Shown here piece by piece: positions 26,874 to 40,272 of a DNA stretch of 43,800 nucleotides. The notes beneath the pieces were generated by a model. It had not been told where the DNA came from and did not search any database. It worked only from the letters and a program-made list of their open reading frames with translations. The stretch is from Octopus bimaculoides (taxonomy: Eukaryota). Every line of letters starts with the position of its first letter. Position 1 is the stretch's first letter. Where the stretch lies: positions 9,269,798 through 9,313,597 of the forward strand of contig NC_068999.1 in the NCBI RefSeq assembly GCF_001194135.2, given 5' to 3'. The translations under genes were made by a program, and so were the position numbers.

Positions 26874-27477
26874 TTATCTATGTATCTAGCTGTCTATCAA
26901 TATATATATATATATACAAACATACATACGCACACACACAAAACATCTCTATATATGTATGTACATATGTACTTATGTATTTATATACATACATATATAA
27001 ATGCATATATAATTGCATCTGTGTGATTTTTGATGTAAAGTAACTGAGCCGAAACTAGCAGGATCATTCGACTAATTCATATTCACAATCTCTGCAGAAA
27101 CATGGGTGGTCCATGCTACTCAACTAACTCGAAGGTTGACTCAGCACCCCTGCTACTACCACGTATGTAATCCCTATCATGTAAAACATATAACTGTAAT
27201 AAATGAACATTTAGCATATCCTAAAGGCAGTGTACACGAAATCGTTCTATGTTTGTGTATAAGTCATTTATACCATTGACGGTTTGATTTGACACAGTTT
27301 CTTATATATATGCATATTGTGTTTACGTTTTTTACAATAATCTTCTTTTATATTAATGAAAGCAAATATTCGTTGTTGCTTTTTGTGCATAGAATTTTAT
27401 TTGTCTGTGTTCTTCTTTTGGTTTTAAAAATACCATGTAAGCATATACATATATAGGTATGTACGTATATAAATATA

Positions 27478-27693
27478 TTCTTTCATTGTTTTATTTCTTT
27501 GAGTCATGTGACTGCGGCCACATTGGAGCACCGTCTTTAGTCGAACAAATCGACCCCAGGTCTCCTTCTTTCTAAACCTAGTAATTATTCTATCGATCTC
27601 TTTGGCCGAAACGTTAAATGACGGGGATGCAAATGCACCAGCATCACTTGTCAAGCGATGGTGATAAACTACGACACACAAGCACACACACAG
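27478..27693 (-). mobile_element. SINE-2 3' module (head missing or in the gap)
   Basis: GAGTCATGTGACTGCGGCCACATTGGAGCACCGTCTTTAGTCGAACAAATCGACCCCAGG...TTGTCAAGCGATGG. Confidence 0.88.
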
Positions 27694-28488
27694 AGTTATA
27701 TATNNNNNNNNNNNNNNNNNNNNNNNNNNNNNNNNNNNNNNNNNNNNNNNNNNNNNNNNNNNNNNNNNNNNNNNNNNNNNNNNNNNNNNNNNNNNNNNNN
27801 NNNNNNNNNNNNNNNNNNNNNNNNNNNNNNNNNNNNNNNNNNNNNNNNNNNNNNNNNNNNNNNNNNNNNNNNNNNNNNNNNNNNNNNNNNNNNNNNNNNN
27901 NNNNNNNNNNNNNNNNNNNNNNNNNNNNNNNNNNNNNNNNNNNNNNNNNNNNNNNNNNNNNNNNNNNNNNNNNNNNNNNNNNNNNNNNNNNNNNNNNNNN
28001 NNNNNNNNNNNNNNNNNNNNNNNNNNNNNNNNNNNNNNNNNNNNNNNNNNNNNNNNNNNNNNNNNNNNNNNNNNNNNNNNNNNNNNNNNNNNNNNNNNNN
28101 NNNNNNNNNNNNNNNNNNNNNNNNNNNNNNNNNNNNNNNNNNNNNNNNNNNNNNNNNNNNNNNNNNNNNNNNNNNNNNNNNNNNNNNNNNNNNNNNNNNN
28201 NNNNNNNNNNNNNNNNNNNNNNNNNNNNNNNNNNNNNNNNNNNNNNNNNNNNNNNNNNNNNNNNNNNNNNNNNNNNNNNNNNNNNNNNNNNNNNNNNNNN
28301 NNNNNNNNNNNNNNNNATATATATATAACGCCATATGTAAACAAGCATATTTGTTTTTGAAGTGCTGAAATGTATTCTAGTAGAAGTAGATGGATTTATT
28401 TTTCAACGTGTAAATACTGATAGAACAACATAGATCGTATACAATCCTTACAGAGGATAATCTATCAACAACCAGACATGAGAATCAT

Positions 28489-28796
28489 CCGTCGTATATT
28501 TATATATTTGTTTGTGTGTATGTGTGTATGTGTTTGTATGTGAGTGTTCTGTGCTTGTGTGTGTATGTGTGTGTATGTGTGTATGTTTGCGTGTGTCTGT
28601 GTTTGTTTCCCCCACCATTGCTTGACAACCGATATTGGCGTGTTTAAAACCTCGTAACATAGCATTTCGGCCAAAGAGACCGATAGAATAAGTACGAGGC
28701 TTACAAAGAATAAGTCCTGGGGTCGATTTGTTCGACTAAAGGTGGTGCTCCAGCATGGCCGCAGCCAAATGACTGAAACAAATAAAAGAATAAAAG
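28489..28796 (+). mobile_element. SINE-2, 5'-truncated (linker microsatellite + 3' module)
   Basis: CCGTCGTAT-(TG/TATG)n-GCTTGACAACCGAT...GAATAAGTCCTGGGGTCGATTTGTTCGACTAAAGGTGGTGCTCCAGCATGGCCGCAG...AATAAAAGAATAAAAG. Confidence 0.9.
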
Positions 28797-29745
28797 CGTA
28801 CAGACACATACATACAAACACACACACACACACACACATATATATACACATATACATACATAATTACATACATGCGTGCATATATATATATGTTCTTATA
28901 ATTACGTCTGTCTATATTTATATGCATGCATATATACAGTCATATTGAGATATATACACAACACATGCATACATATATACATAAATATGCATACATACAT
29001 ATATGTCCGCATGCGTGTGTCTGCGACGCTCCTTCACGTTTGTGTATATGACATACAAGCGTGGATGTGTATATGTTTGTAACTACGTGAAAATGGTATT
29101 TTTGTCTCCATTTTATTTGTCTATGGGTGAGCAGCCGTCTTTTTTTTTGTGTGTGTTTTTTCATACTGTATTTATTTATTTCTTGTTCTTGTTTTTTTTT
29201 TGGTTATTCAAGTGTACCATGCATGTGTGTCTGTCTGTGAATGAGCCATGCTGTGAGTGTGCGTGCGCAGATTATGCAGACGAAACGATTGCGGTTTCAT
29301 GTCACGTACTGGTCAATCACACGCGTACCGTAAAGTAACAGAACAACAGGGGGAAAAAATGGTTGATTACAAGAAGAAGAAGAAGAAGAACAACAACAAC
29401 AACAACAGCACCACCGCCGCCACCGTCAACAAGAAAGATGAAGATGATAATGATGGCGACTGCAGCTTGGAAACATTTTACACGTGAAATATTCACTGCG
29501 TGCGACGCTGAACTTTATTCAACGCAGATACACATAATTACAAAAAAGAAATAAAATAAAGCAAACAGAGAAAATGGATAAATAAATAAAAGAATAAATA
29601 AAGAAAGAAAAAATTAGAGAGGAAGGAAAAAAAGCAAGTAATCTGATGATATTAAGGAGCAGTTAGTATATTAGGGGCCAATATTGTGAGACAGTAAAAA
29701 CATACTCGTATATTATTGTGATTTCATATAGTAAGGGCATAAAAT

Positions 29746-30337
<592 letters not shown>

Positions 30338-30652
30338 ATATATTTGAAATTTGAATGGCGACTGTTGGTGCTGGTACTACGATATATGTATATATGTGTG
30401 TATATACTAAGGCATCTTTTTATGTTTAGTGATAAAAAAAGTATATTTACTTTAATGTGAAGGCTTACTCCATACATTTGGTGAGTGTAAATTTATTATT
30501 TAACAAGAATAATATTGACAGAGAATTCGAAGTCTCGGGCAGTGACTTCGAAATTTCGATGATGGTTTAGTTGGCGAAAATTCGAGCTCCCTGTGAATAC
30601 AATTTTTTTTAAAGGATAATATGTGTGTGCGTGTATATAAATAAATAAATAA

Positions 30653-30730
<78 letters not shown>

Positions 30731-31100
30731 CGCAGTCGGAGAGAGAGAGAGGAGGAGGAGGAGAGTGTGAGAGATAGGGACACAGATAGGGATAGAGAGA
30801 GAGAGGTGAAGAATGAGAGAGATAGAGAGGAGGAAAATAAGAGAGAGAGAGCGAGAGAGAGACAGTGATNNNNNNNNNNNNNNNNNNNNNNNNNNNNNNN
30901 NNNNNNNNNNNNNNNNNNNNNNNNNNNNNNNNNNNNNNNNNNNNNNNNNNNNNNNNNNNNNNNNNNNNNNNNNNNNNNNNNNNNNNNNNNNNNNNNNNNN
31001 NNNNNNNNNNNNNNNNNNNNNNNNNNNNNNNNNNNNNNNNNNNNNNNNNNNNNNNNNNNNNNNNNNNNNNNNNNNNNNNNNNNNNNNNNNNNNNNNNNNN

Positions 31101-31183
31101 GGTCAACTTTGCCTTCTTTCAATCCCATTTCAGGATTGATAAAATAAAGTACCAGTCGACTGCTGGGGTCAATGTCATCGACT
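31101..31183 (+). mobile_element. SINE-1 core fragment at a gap edge
   Basis: GGTCAACTTTGCCTT..GATTGATAAAATAAAGTACCAGTCGACTGCTGGGGTCAATGTCATCGACT. Confidence 0.75.
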
Positions 31184-31241
31184 ATATGAGTTCATCAAAT
31201 ATGAAAACTTTTGCGTATACTATGAAGCTGAATGCATAAAC

Positions 31242-31242
<1 letters not shown>

Positions 31243-31318
<76 letters not shown>

Positions 31319-31333
31319 ACTACTACTACTACA

Positions 31334-31367
<34 letters not shown>

Positions 31368-31740
31368 TTACTACTACTGCTGCTGCTGCTGCTGCGGCCA
31401 CTACTACTTCTACTACCACCTCCACCATCACCACCAATACTACTACAACCATGACAACTATCTCCATTACTGCTTCATCCGTCCGCATCATCACTATGAC
31501 TAGCACCCCACCATCACCACACCAAAGCCCATCGCTACTATGAGCATCATCATCATCATCACCATCAACTCCACCATCACTACCACCACCACTACCGTGA
31601 CACCATCACCGCCACCATTACGACCATTGGCACTCGTACCATTAGCGCCAATATTACCACTACGATCGTATCATCACAACCACTACCCGACACCAACACC
31701 ACCACCACCACCACCACCGCCACCGCAACCATCGTCACAA
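31243..31740. repeat. Compound trinucleotide array (ACT)n(GCT)n(ACT)n(GCT)n decaying into ACC/ATC repeats
   Basis: Read directly from the sequence. Confidence 0.95.
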
Positions 31741-32265
31741 TAAATCTATCAGTACCACTTCTACTACAACCACCGCTACATTTTTTACTACATTCTCATA
31801 GCCCATTTCTACATTCCTTCATTGCTATCTTTGAGTACAAAATAAGAAATATTCTTTCAGAGTCTTAATCTTGTGTGTGTGTATGTGAATGCATATGTGT
31901 GTGTGTATGTGAGTGTATATGTGTGTGTGTGCGTGTAAAGAAGAGGGGAATTGAGTACACGTGTATAGGAGACAGTGTATGCGCTTGTGTGTGTGTGTGT
32001 GTTGAGAGAAAGCGAGAGAGTATCATTGTCTTACGTCTGTTTTTATTTGGTGAGTGTGAATGTGCGCGCGTCTTTCTTGTATGAATATGTGTGTGTATGA
32101 ATATGTACGTATATGTATGTACGTATGAATGCGTATGTATATGTATGTTAGCGAGTATGTATGCACATATGTCTATGATATACAACTGTGTGTGTTTGTG
32201 TGTATAAGTGTGCATGCGTGTGTGTATGTATGCGTGTAGGACTCTTCTTCCGTGTGCGTGCACAC

Positions 32266-32360
<95 letters not shown>

Positions 32361-33256
32361 CGTGTGTGTGTGTGTGAGTGTGTGTGTGTGTGTGCGTGTG
32401 TGTGTGTGTGTGTTTTATCTCAATCATATTCGTCTATTCCTTGGTAACGTCGCTGTTTCGTCACGCCCTCTATAATTTAGCAAGGCGGTTAAGACAATAC
32501 TGCTTCCAACGTGAAAAGATGATTTGGCAACGCTTTCCGATGAGTAAGCAATTAATAACATTTGTCAAAGTTTTTAGCATGATTAATGCGATAAAGCGGA
32601 GGGGAGAAAAAGAATGACAAAAAACAAAAGAAAATATGGAAAAATAGCAAAATAATAAAAATGCAATATTATAAAAGAAATACGGATTGAAAACAAAAAG
32701 AACCACCACATTACGCTAACAACTGGGTAAGGACAGATAAGGCATGTCTTTACCATGTAGCTTCTCTGTTTAGCCTGCTAGCTATGAAGGAGGGTTTGAT
32801 ACGAAGATATGAGCGAGCGGGTATTTATCAGATTCGTTCAATGTGGTTAATAAAATAAGGAAGAAAGAAGGAAAAAGAAAAAAAACAATGTGGTTGTTGT
32901 TGTTGTTTTTGTGTTGTGGTGATGGTGGTAGTTTTCGTGAAGCTTGTGGTGATGATGCTGGTTATTATTATTATGATGGTGGAATGTGATGTGCTTATGG
33001 CGATGTCGGACTCTTATATAATGTGGTTAATAGAGGCAGAGATATTGGATGGCAGGGAATGATGGTGAAGCTTTGCTGTTTGAGTGGAGGATGGAAGAAA
33101 AAAGAAAAAAAAAAGAGGGAAAAGCACTGTGGTTGTGAAAGAGTTGGGGGCGGGGTTAAGAGAGTGAAAGAAGGAGGGAGATAGGGAAAGAGATGGATAT
33201 ATATATATATATATANNNNNNNNNNAAGAGGAAGAGGGTAAGAGAGATTGAGGAAA

Positions 33257-33314
<58 letters not shown>

Positions 33315-33754
33315 GTTGATGGGAACGAATTAGGAATCTGATATTTAATGTTCGGTTAAGATTAACTTCATGCGTTATAGTAATGAAAAAACAGGAATAA
33401 TAATAATAATAATAATAATAATCAGGAGAAGACGAATAAGAAGAATGAATGAATATATAAAAACGCCAAAAAGAAAGCATTTAAAGAGGACGAGTAACGG
33501 CAGGACAGGGTTGTTCTTAACGAATTTAAGAGTGTGTGTGGTTGACGAAATGGATAAACATGGGTGGAGCCTGTTTGTTTTTCCTTCACTAAAGGGTTCC
33601 TAGAAACACGACATGTAAAAAGGGGGGTGGATGATGATAACGACCATAGGTTTCTGATGTATGCGTGAATATATGCGTCTGAATGTGTGTGTGTGTGTGC
33701 ATGTGTATAGTCTGTGTGTATATGTATATTTGTATATATCGTATATATACATGC

Positions 33755-33785
<31 letters not shown>

Positions 33786-34250
33786 CATATACGTGTATGC
33801 ATGCATACACACACGCAGGAGAAACAATAACAACAGTACTTGGCGATTAATACAATAGCAAAATAAATAAATAAACATTTGAAAATAAAATAAATATATC
33901 AAACAAAAATCAAGGAGGGGCATACGAACGTCAATTCACATCACTTTGTGGCTAATAGAGATATGGCGTTTGTTTGAAGATATTGGGTTCAGCCACTAAC
34001 AGTTTGTGGTTAAACAATAACCTAATGAGCATTATCAGTTAACGCATCTCTTAGTATTTTTATAGTTAGTTAATTGCTCAAAGCAGAAATGGGAGAGAAC
34101 GTTATGATTTTTATTCGTGCAGACATTGAGATATGAAGAGAGATAATAAATATATAGGAACCCCCATAGCTTGTCTTTTTAAGTACGGGTCTTTTTGTCT
34201 TACATTTATATTGGTTTGGCGTATTTGACGCATAGGCCTATACTAACGGT

Positions 34251-34617
34251 GTTGTTTGTTGGCACTCCGTCGCTTACGATGTCGAGGGCTCCAGTTGATC
34301 CGAACAACAGAGCATGCAAGTGGCTGAGCACTCCACAGACACGTGTACCCTTAACGTAGTTCTCGGGGAGATCCAGCGTGACACAGTGTGACAAGGCTGA
34401 CCCTTTGAATTACAGGCACAAGAGAAACAGGAAGTAAAAGTGAGAGAATGTTGTGGTGAAAAGGTACAGCAGGGTTCGCCACCATCCGCTGCCGGAGCCT
34501 CGTGGAGCTTTATGTGTTTTCGCTCAATAAACACTCGCAACGCCCGGTCTGGGAATCGAAACTGCGATCCTATGACCGAGAGTCCGCTGCCCCAACCACT
34601 GGGCCATTGCGCCTCCA
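34251..34617 (-). mobile_element. SINE-3 (tRNA-Arg-like head), full length
   Basis: Reverse complement is colinear over ~370 bp with 42071-42456; head TGGAGGCGCAATGGCCCAGTGGTT..TTTCGATTCCC. Confidence 0.92.
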
Positions 34618-34702
34618 CTAACAGTGAATGACTGTCATAAATGCATTACCGTTTTTATCTTTTTTTGGTAAGCCCTCACGTATGTCGAAGACGAATGAAT
34701 GA

Positions 34703-34919
34703 AATATCCTTTCTACTATCGGAAGAGGGCCTGAAAATTTGTGGTGAGGGACTATTCAAATTCATCGGCCTCTGTGTTCAAATGGCACATATTTCATTGA
34801 TCCCGAAAGGATAAAAGGCAATGTCGACCTCGACGGGAATGGGTCTCAGAACGTAAAGGCAGAGAAATTGCTGCTATGAGTTTTGTCCGACGTGCTGACG
34901 ATTCTGCCAGCGCGTCGCC
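34703..34919 (-). mobile_element. SINE-1, degenerate full-length copy, tail type b
   Basis: TTTCTACTA..GGGCCTGAAAATTTG..ATCCCGAAAGGATAAAAGGCAATGTCGACCTCG..CTCAGAACGTA..GACGATTCTGCCAGC. Confidence 0.82.
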
Positions 34920-35283
34920 GTAACGGAGCAAGGAAATATAAATACAAAATATATGAAAATGAATCTACTGGTCGTACGACATCGCAGGAAACAGAAGCTT
35001 CATTTCACTCTAATTAAAAGCGTAAACCAGCAAAGAGAGGAAGGACACATTGGAGGAAGTAGTGAGGGCTGCGATAAATGCATTATGGCTTTCGTGTGGC
35101 GTATGAGTGCTATACATTTTTGCCACGGGTGGAGCACAGATATATAAATACAACGCATATAGAGCAACCGAAACTTTATCTACTGGCTTTTCCACTTCAT
35201 TAGAATTAGTTTAATTTCATTCAAATTAAAAAGAAATCAATAAACTGATGACGAACTCATTGCTGATGTAGGACTAAATACAT

Positions 35284-35365
35284 TGCAACATCCGATTTGG
35301 GAATCGAAGCAGCGACCCTATGACCGAGAGTCCACTGCCCTAACAACTGGGCCATTGCGCCTCCA
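35284..35365 (-). mobile_element. SINE-3 head only
   Basis: GGGAATCGAA..GCGACCCTATGACCGAGAGTCCACTGCCCTAACAACTGGGCCATTGCGCCTCCA matches 34550-34617. Confidence 0.88.
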
Positions 35366-35396
35366 TATACGTATACGCATACACACACACACGCAA

Positions 35397-35628
35397 GGCG
35401 GCGAGATGGCAGAGTTGTTAGCACGCCGGGCGAAATGCTTAGCGGTATTTCGTCTGCCGCTGCGTTCTGAGTTCAAATTCTGCCGAGGTCGACTGTGCCT
35501 TTCATCCTTTCGGGGTCGATTAAATAAGTACCAGTTACGCACTGGAGTCGATATAATCGACTTAATCCGTTTGTCTGTCCTTGTTTATCCCATCTGTGTG
35601 TAGCCCCTTGTGGGTAGCAAATAAATAA
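35397..35628 (+). mobile_element. SINE-1, full length, tail type a
   Basis: A-box-like TGGCAGAGTTGTTAG, B-box-like GAGTTCAAATTC, core and tail ending TAGCCCCTTGTGGGTAGCAAATAAATAA. Confidence 0.92.
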
Positions 35629-35780
35629 CACGCACACCCACTGACACACACATATATGCATATGTGCACACGCACACACACATACAAGTACACTCTTACA
35701 TATACAGATACATACATGCGCCTTAGCTTCGTTTCGTACATTAGTTCTCGTTTGGAATTCACAATTCCTTCGTAAGTTGC

Positions 35781-35874
<94 letters not shown>

Positions 35875-36189
35875 TACATGCACACATAGATACAAGTATG
35901 TATTTATATGTACCTGCGCACGTTTCCATCTTTAACTGGACTCTATTCCTACATTGTCTCTATGTCCCATTCTTATTCTATATCGGTATCTGTCTGTTTG
36001 CTCTCTCCTTCTCTCTCCCTCTCTTCCTCTCTCCTTCTCTCTCCCTCTCTTATTCTCGTCTTTCCTCTCCCTCTCTCTCCTCCCCCTTTGTCACTGTCAT
36101 TTGCCATAATCTATTATTCTTTACAACTCCCTCAATAAATATATCCCAGTCTTCTTCGACGCCTCCATAATCTACCGCCTTTTTATCTC

Positions 36190-36469
36190 TTTGTTTCTGC
36201 TTGCTGTCGTTCTTCTTCTACTTTATCCTCCCCTCCTCCTCCTCGTCTTCTTTTTCTCCTTCTTCTTCTTCTTGTTCTTCTTCTTCTTCTTCTTCTTCTT
36301 CTTCTTCTTCTTCTTCTTCTCTTCCCCCCTCCTCCTCCTGCTCTTCCTCTTCCTTCTTCTTCTTCTTCTTCTTCTCCTCCTCGTCCTCCTTCTCTCCCTC
36401 TTTCTTCTTCTTCTTCTTCTTCTTCTTCTTCTTCTTCTTCTTCTTCTTCTTCTTCTTCTTCTTCTTCTT
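36190..36469. repeat. (CTT/CCT)n pyrimidine tract ending at a gap
   Basis: Read directly from the sequence. Confidence 0.95.
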
Positions 36470-37498
36470 NNNNNNNNNNNNNNNNNNNNNNNNNNNNNNN
36501 NNNNNNNNNNNNNNNNNNNNNNNNNNNNNNNNNNNNNNNNNNNNNNNNNNNNNNNNNNNNNNNNNNNNNNNNNNNNNNNNNNNNNNNNNNNNNNNNNNNN
36601 NNNNNNNNNNNNNNNNNNNNNNNNNNNNNNNNNNNNNNNNNNNNNNNNNNNNNNNNNNNNNNNNNNNNNNNNNNNNNNNNNNNNNNNNNNNNNNNNNNNN
36701 NNNNNNNNNNNNNNNNNNNNNNNNNNNNNNNNNNNNNNNNNNNNNNNNNNNNNNNNNNNNNNNNNNNNNNNNNNNNNNNNNNNNNNNNNNNNNNNNNNNN
36801 NNNNNNNNNNNNNNNNNNNNNNNNNNNNNNNNNNNNNNNNNNNNNNNNNNNNNNNNNNNNNNNNNNNNNNNNNNNNNNNNNNNNNNNNNNNNNNNNNNNN
36901 NNNNNNNNNNNNNNNNNNNNNNNNNNNNNNNNNNNNNNNNNNNNNNNNNNNNNNNNNNNNNNNNNNNNNNNNNNNNNNNNNNNNNNNNNNNNNNNNNNNN
37001 NNNNNNNNNNNNNNNNNNNNNNNNNNNNNNNNNNNNNNNNNNNNNNNNNNNNNNNNNNNNNNNNNNNNNNNNNNNNNNNNNNNNNNNNNNNNNNNNNNNN
37101 NNNNNNNNNNNNNNNNNNNNNNNNNNNNNNNNNNNNNNNNNNNNNNNNNNNNNNNNNNNNNNNNNNNNNNNNNNNNNNNNNNNNNNNNNNNNNNNNNNNN
37201 NNNNNNNNNNNNNNNNNNNNNNNNNNNNNNNNNNNNNNNNNNNNNNNNNNNNNNNNNNNNNNNNNNNNNNNNNNNNNNNNNNNNNNNNNNNNNNNNNNNN
37301 NNNNNNNNNNNNNNNNNNNNNNNNNNNNNNNNNNNNNNNNNNNNNNNNNNNNNNGAACACCACAACCACTAGCACCAACACCACCACTACCAACACCACC
37401 ACTACCACCAACACCACCACCACCAACAACAATATCAACACCAACCGACCAGCCGAGCACACACACCACCACACAATTTACACGCCTGCAAAACACGC

Positions 37499-37529
<31 letters not shown>

Positions 37530-37625
37530 ATACACATCCATGTATACACACATGAATACACATACATTTTCACACACACTCGCATCCATGTATACACGCA
37601 TGAATACACGCACATACACACACGT

Positions 37626-37660
<35 letters not shown>

Positions 37661-38578
37661 TGCATGCACACACTACACACACACACATTGCCTTGTGGGT
37701 ATCCGTTTCCACACGCAATTACACGCGCATACTCACGCGCACTCACACCCTCGCATACGCATGCGTGCACACACACACACACACACACGGTCTATCGTGT
37801 CTCCCTAGCATTTCAATGGATCCTAAATGTGTTATGTCCCCCTTGCCCCAAGGCGAATGAACATTTTCCACGCATCAATTCCTTTTCCAAAACGCTACAA
37901 CCACCACCACCACCNNNNNNNNNNNNNNNNNNNNNNNNNNNNNNNNNNNNNNNNNNNNNNNNNNNNNNNNNNNNNNNNNNNNNNNNNNNNNNNNNNNNNN
38001 NNNNNNNNNNNNNNNNNNNNNNNNNNNNNNNNNNNNNNNNNNNNNNNNNNNNNNNNNNNNNNNNNNNNNNNNNNNNNNNNNNNNNNNNNNNNNNNNNNNN
38101 NNNNNNNNNNNNNNNNNNNNNNNNNNNNNNNNNNNNNNNNNNNNNNNNNNNNNNNNNNNNNNNNNNNNNNNNNNNNNNNNNNNNNNNNNNNNNNNNNNNN
38201 NNNNNNNNNNNNNNNNNNNNNNNNNNNNNNNNNNNNNNNNNNNNNNNNNNNNNNNNNNNNNNNNNNNNNNNNNNNNNNNNNNNNNNNNNNNNNNNNNNNN
38301 NNNNNNNNNNNNNNNNNNNNNNNNNNNNNNNNNNNNNNNNNNNNNNNNNNNNNNNNNNNNNNNNNNNNNNNNNNNNNNNNNNNNNNNNNNNNNNNNNNNN
38401 NNNNNNNNNNNNNNNNNNNNNNNNNNNNNNNNNNNNNNNNNNNNNNNNNTATATATATATATATATATATATATATCTGTCTGTCTGTTTGTTTGTCTGT
38501 CCGGCTGGCTGACAAATTTTTTATCTATCTATCTATCTATCTATCTATCGATCGATCGACCTATCAATCAATCAATCG

Positions 38579-38610
<32 letters not shown>

Positions 38611-40004
38611 CTCAATCATTCAATCGATCAATCAATCATTCACTCTATGTATCTATCTGTTACTCTCTCTTTCTCTCTCCCTCTCTCTCTATCTTTCTAT
38701 CTCTTTCACTTCTGTGTTTCATACATTCATTTTGTTCTCCCTCTCTCTCTCCCTCTTTCTCTCCCTCTTCCTCTCCCTCTCTCCCCCTTTCTGTCCATCT
38801 CTCTCTCTCTCTCTCTGTCCAATTCTAGTGCATCTTTTTAACTCTCCCTTTCACACTAAGGGAACACACACAAGCAATTTTATATATATATATATGATGT
38901 GTGTATGCGAGTGTGTGTGTATTCACGCTTAGCTTTGATTGTGTATATATGTGTATGTATGAGTGAACTACTTGATGTCAATACATACATAGATGCATAC
39001 ATATGTATGCATATGTGTATGTGAGTGCGAATGCCTGTATTCTCACGAACAGTTCTACATATGCATGCACACATATGTTCACATATGTACACACATATAT
39101 ATATATACATATATAATTTATTTGCAATATTTACGATATAATATACATTTTTAAGATTTTTAAATGTAAATAAATTTAGCATCATTTTTTCAGGATTTTC
39201 TACTTTTCATTCCTTCCGTCGCACCTCCTCACTCAGCACCATTCATTCCTTCTCTCTCCGTGTCTCTTTGTCATTTACGTTCTGTGTCTCTGTATATATA
39301 TATATATATATATATATNNNNNNNNNNNNNNNNNNNNNNNNNNNNNNNNNNNNNNNNNNNNNNNNNNNNNNNNNNNNNNNNNNNNNNNNNNNNNNNNNNN
39401 NNNNNNNNNNNNNNNNNNNNNNNNNNNNNNNNNNNNNNNNNNNNNNNNNNNNNNNNNNNNNNNNNNNNNNNNNNNNNNNNNNNNNNNNNNNNNNNNNNNN
39501 NNNNNNNNNNNNNNNNNNNNNNNNNNNNNNNNNNNNNNNNNNNNNNNNNNNNNNNNNNNNNNNNNNNNNNNNNNNNNNNNNNNNNNNNNNNNNNNNNNNN
39601 NNNNNNNNNNNNNNNNNNNNNNNNNNNNNNNNNNNNNNNNNNNNNNNNNNNNNNNNNNNNNNNNNNNNNNNNNNNNNNNNNNNNNNNNNNNNNNNNNNNN
39701 NNNNNNNNNNNNNNNNNNNNNNNNNNNNNNNNNNNNNNNNNNNNNNNNNNNNNNNNNNNNNNNNNNNNNNNNNNNNNNNNNNNNNNNNNNNNNNNNNNNN
39801 NNNNNNNNNNNNNNNNNNNNNNNNNNNNNNNNNNNNNNNNNNNNNNNNNNNNNNNNNNNNNNNNNNNNNNNNNNNNNNNNNNNNNNNNNNNNNNNNNNNN
39901 NNNNNNNNNNNNNNNNNNNNNNNNNNNNNNNNNNNNNNNNNNNNNNNNNNNNNNNNNNNNNNNNNNNNNNNNNNNNNNNNNNNNNNNNNNNNNNNNNNNN
40001 NNNN

Positions 40005-40037
<33 letters not shown>

Positions 40038-40047
40038 GTGCATGTAT

Positions 40048-40272
40048 ATAAGAGAGGAAAAGGATCCTATCAGCTTTAAACGGAGTCTAGACAGATTTCT
40101 TCAAGGAATACAAGACAAGCCATCCTGGATATAACTCACTCATTAAGAACTCACTACTTGAATGGACCATAAACAAAACTTGACTGTAAAAAGGATTTAG
40201 ATAATCCTAGCAGGTGCTGCTATTAAGTTAGATATGGCCTGGACCAATCATTGGTCCAAACATATCTAAGCT
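40048..40272 (+). mobile_element. 3' end of a non-LTR retrotransposon (CR1/L2-group-like), degenerate
   Basis: Translation IREEKDPISFKRSLDRFLQGIQDKP and, after a frameshift, SLIKNSLLEW match the FKxxLDxFLxxIxDxP...NSLxxW ORF2 C-terminus I recall from CR1/L2-group LINEs. It is followed by a short 3' UTR with a nested stem-loop (40228-40269) and a TA tail. Clade assignment is from memory. Confidence 0.72.

Noticed and set aside
30526-30552. 9-bp hairpin TTCGAAGTC/GACTTCGAA (similar small hairpins at 4140-4176 and 8709-8737)
   Set aside because: Short stems of this size are expected by chance in 44 kb and have no supporting context.
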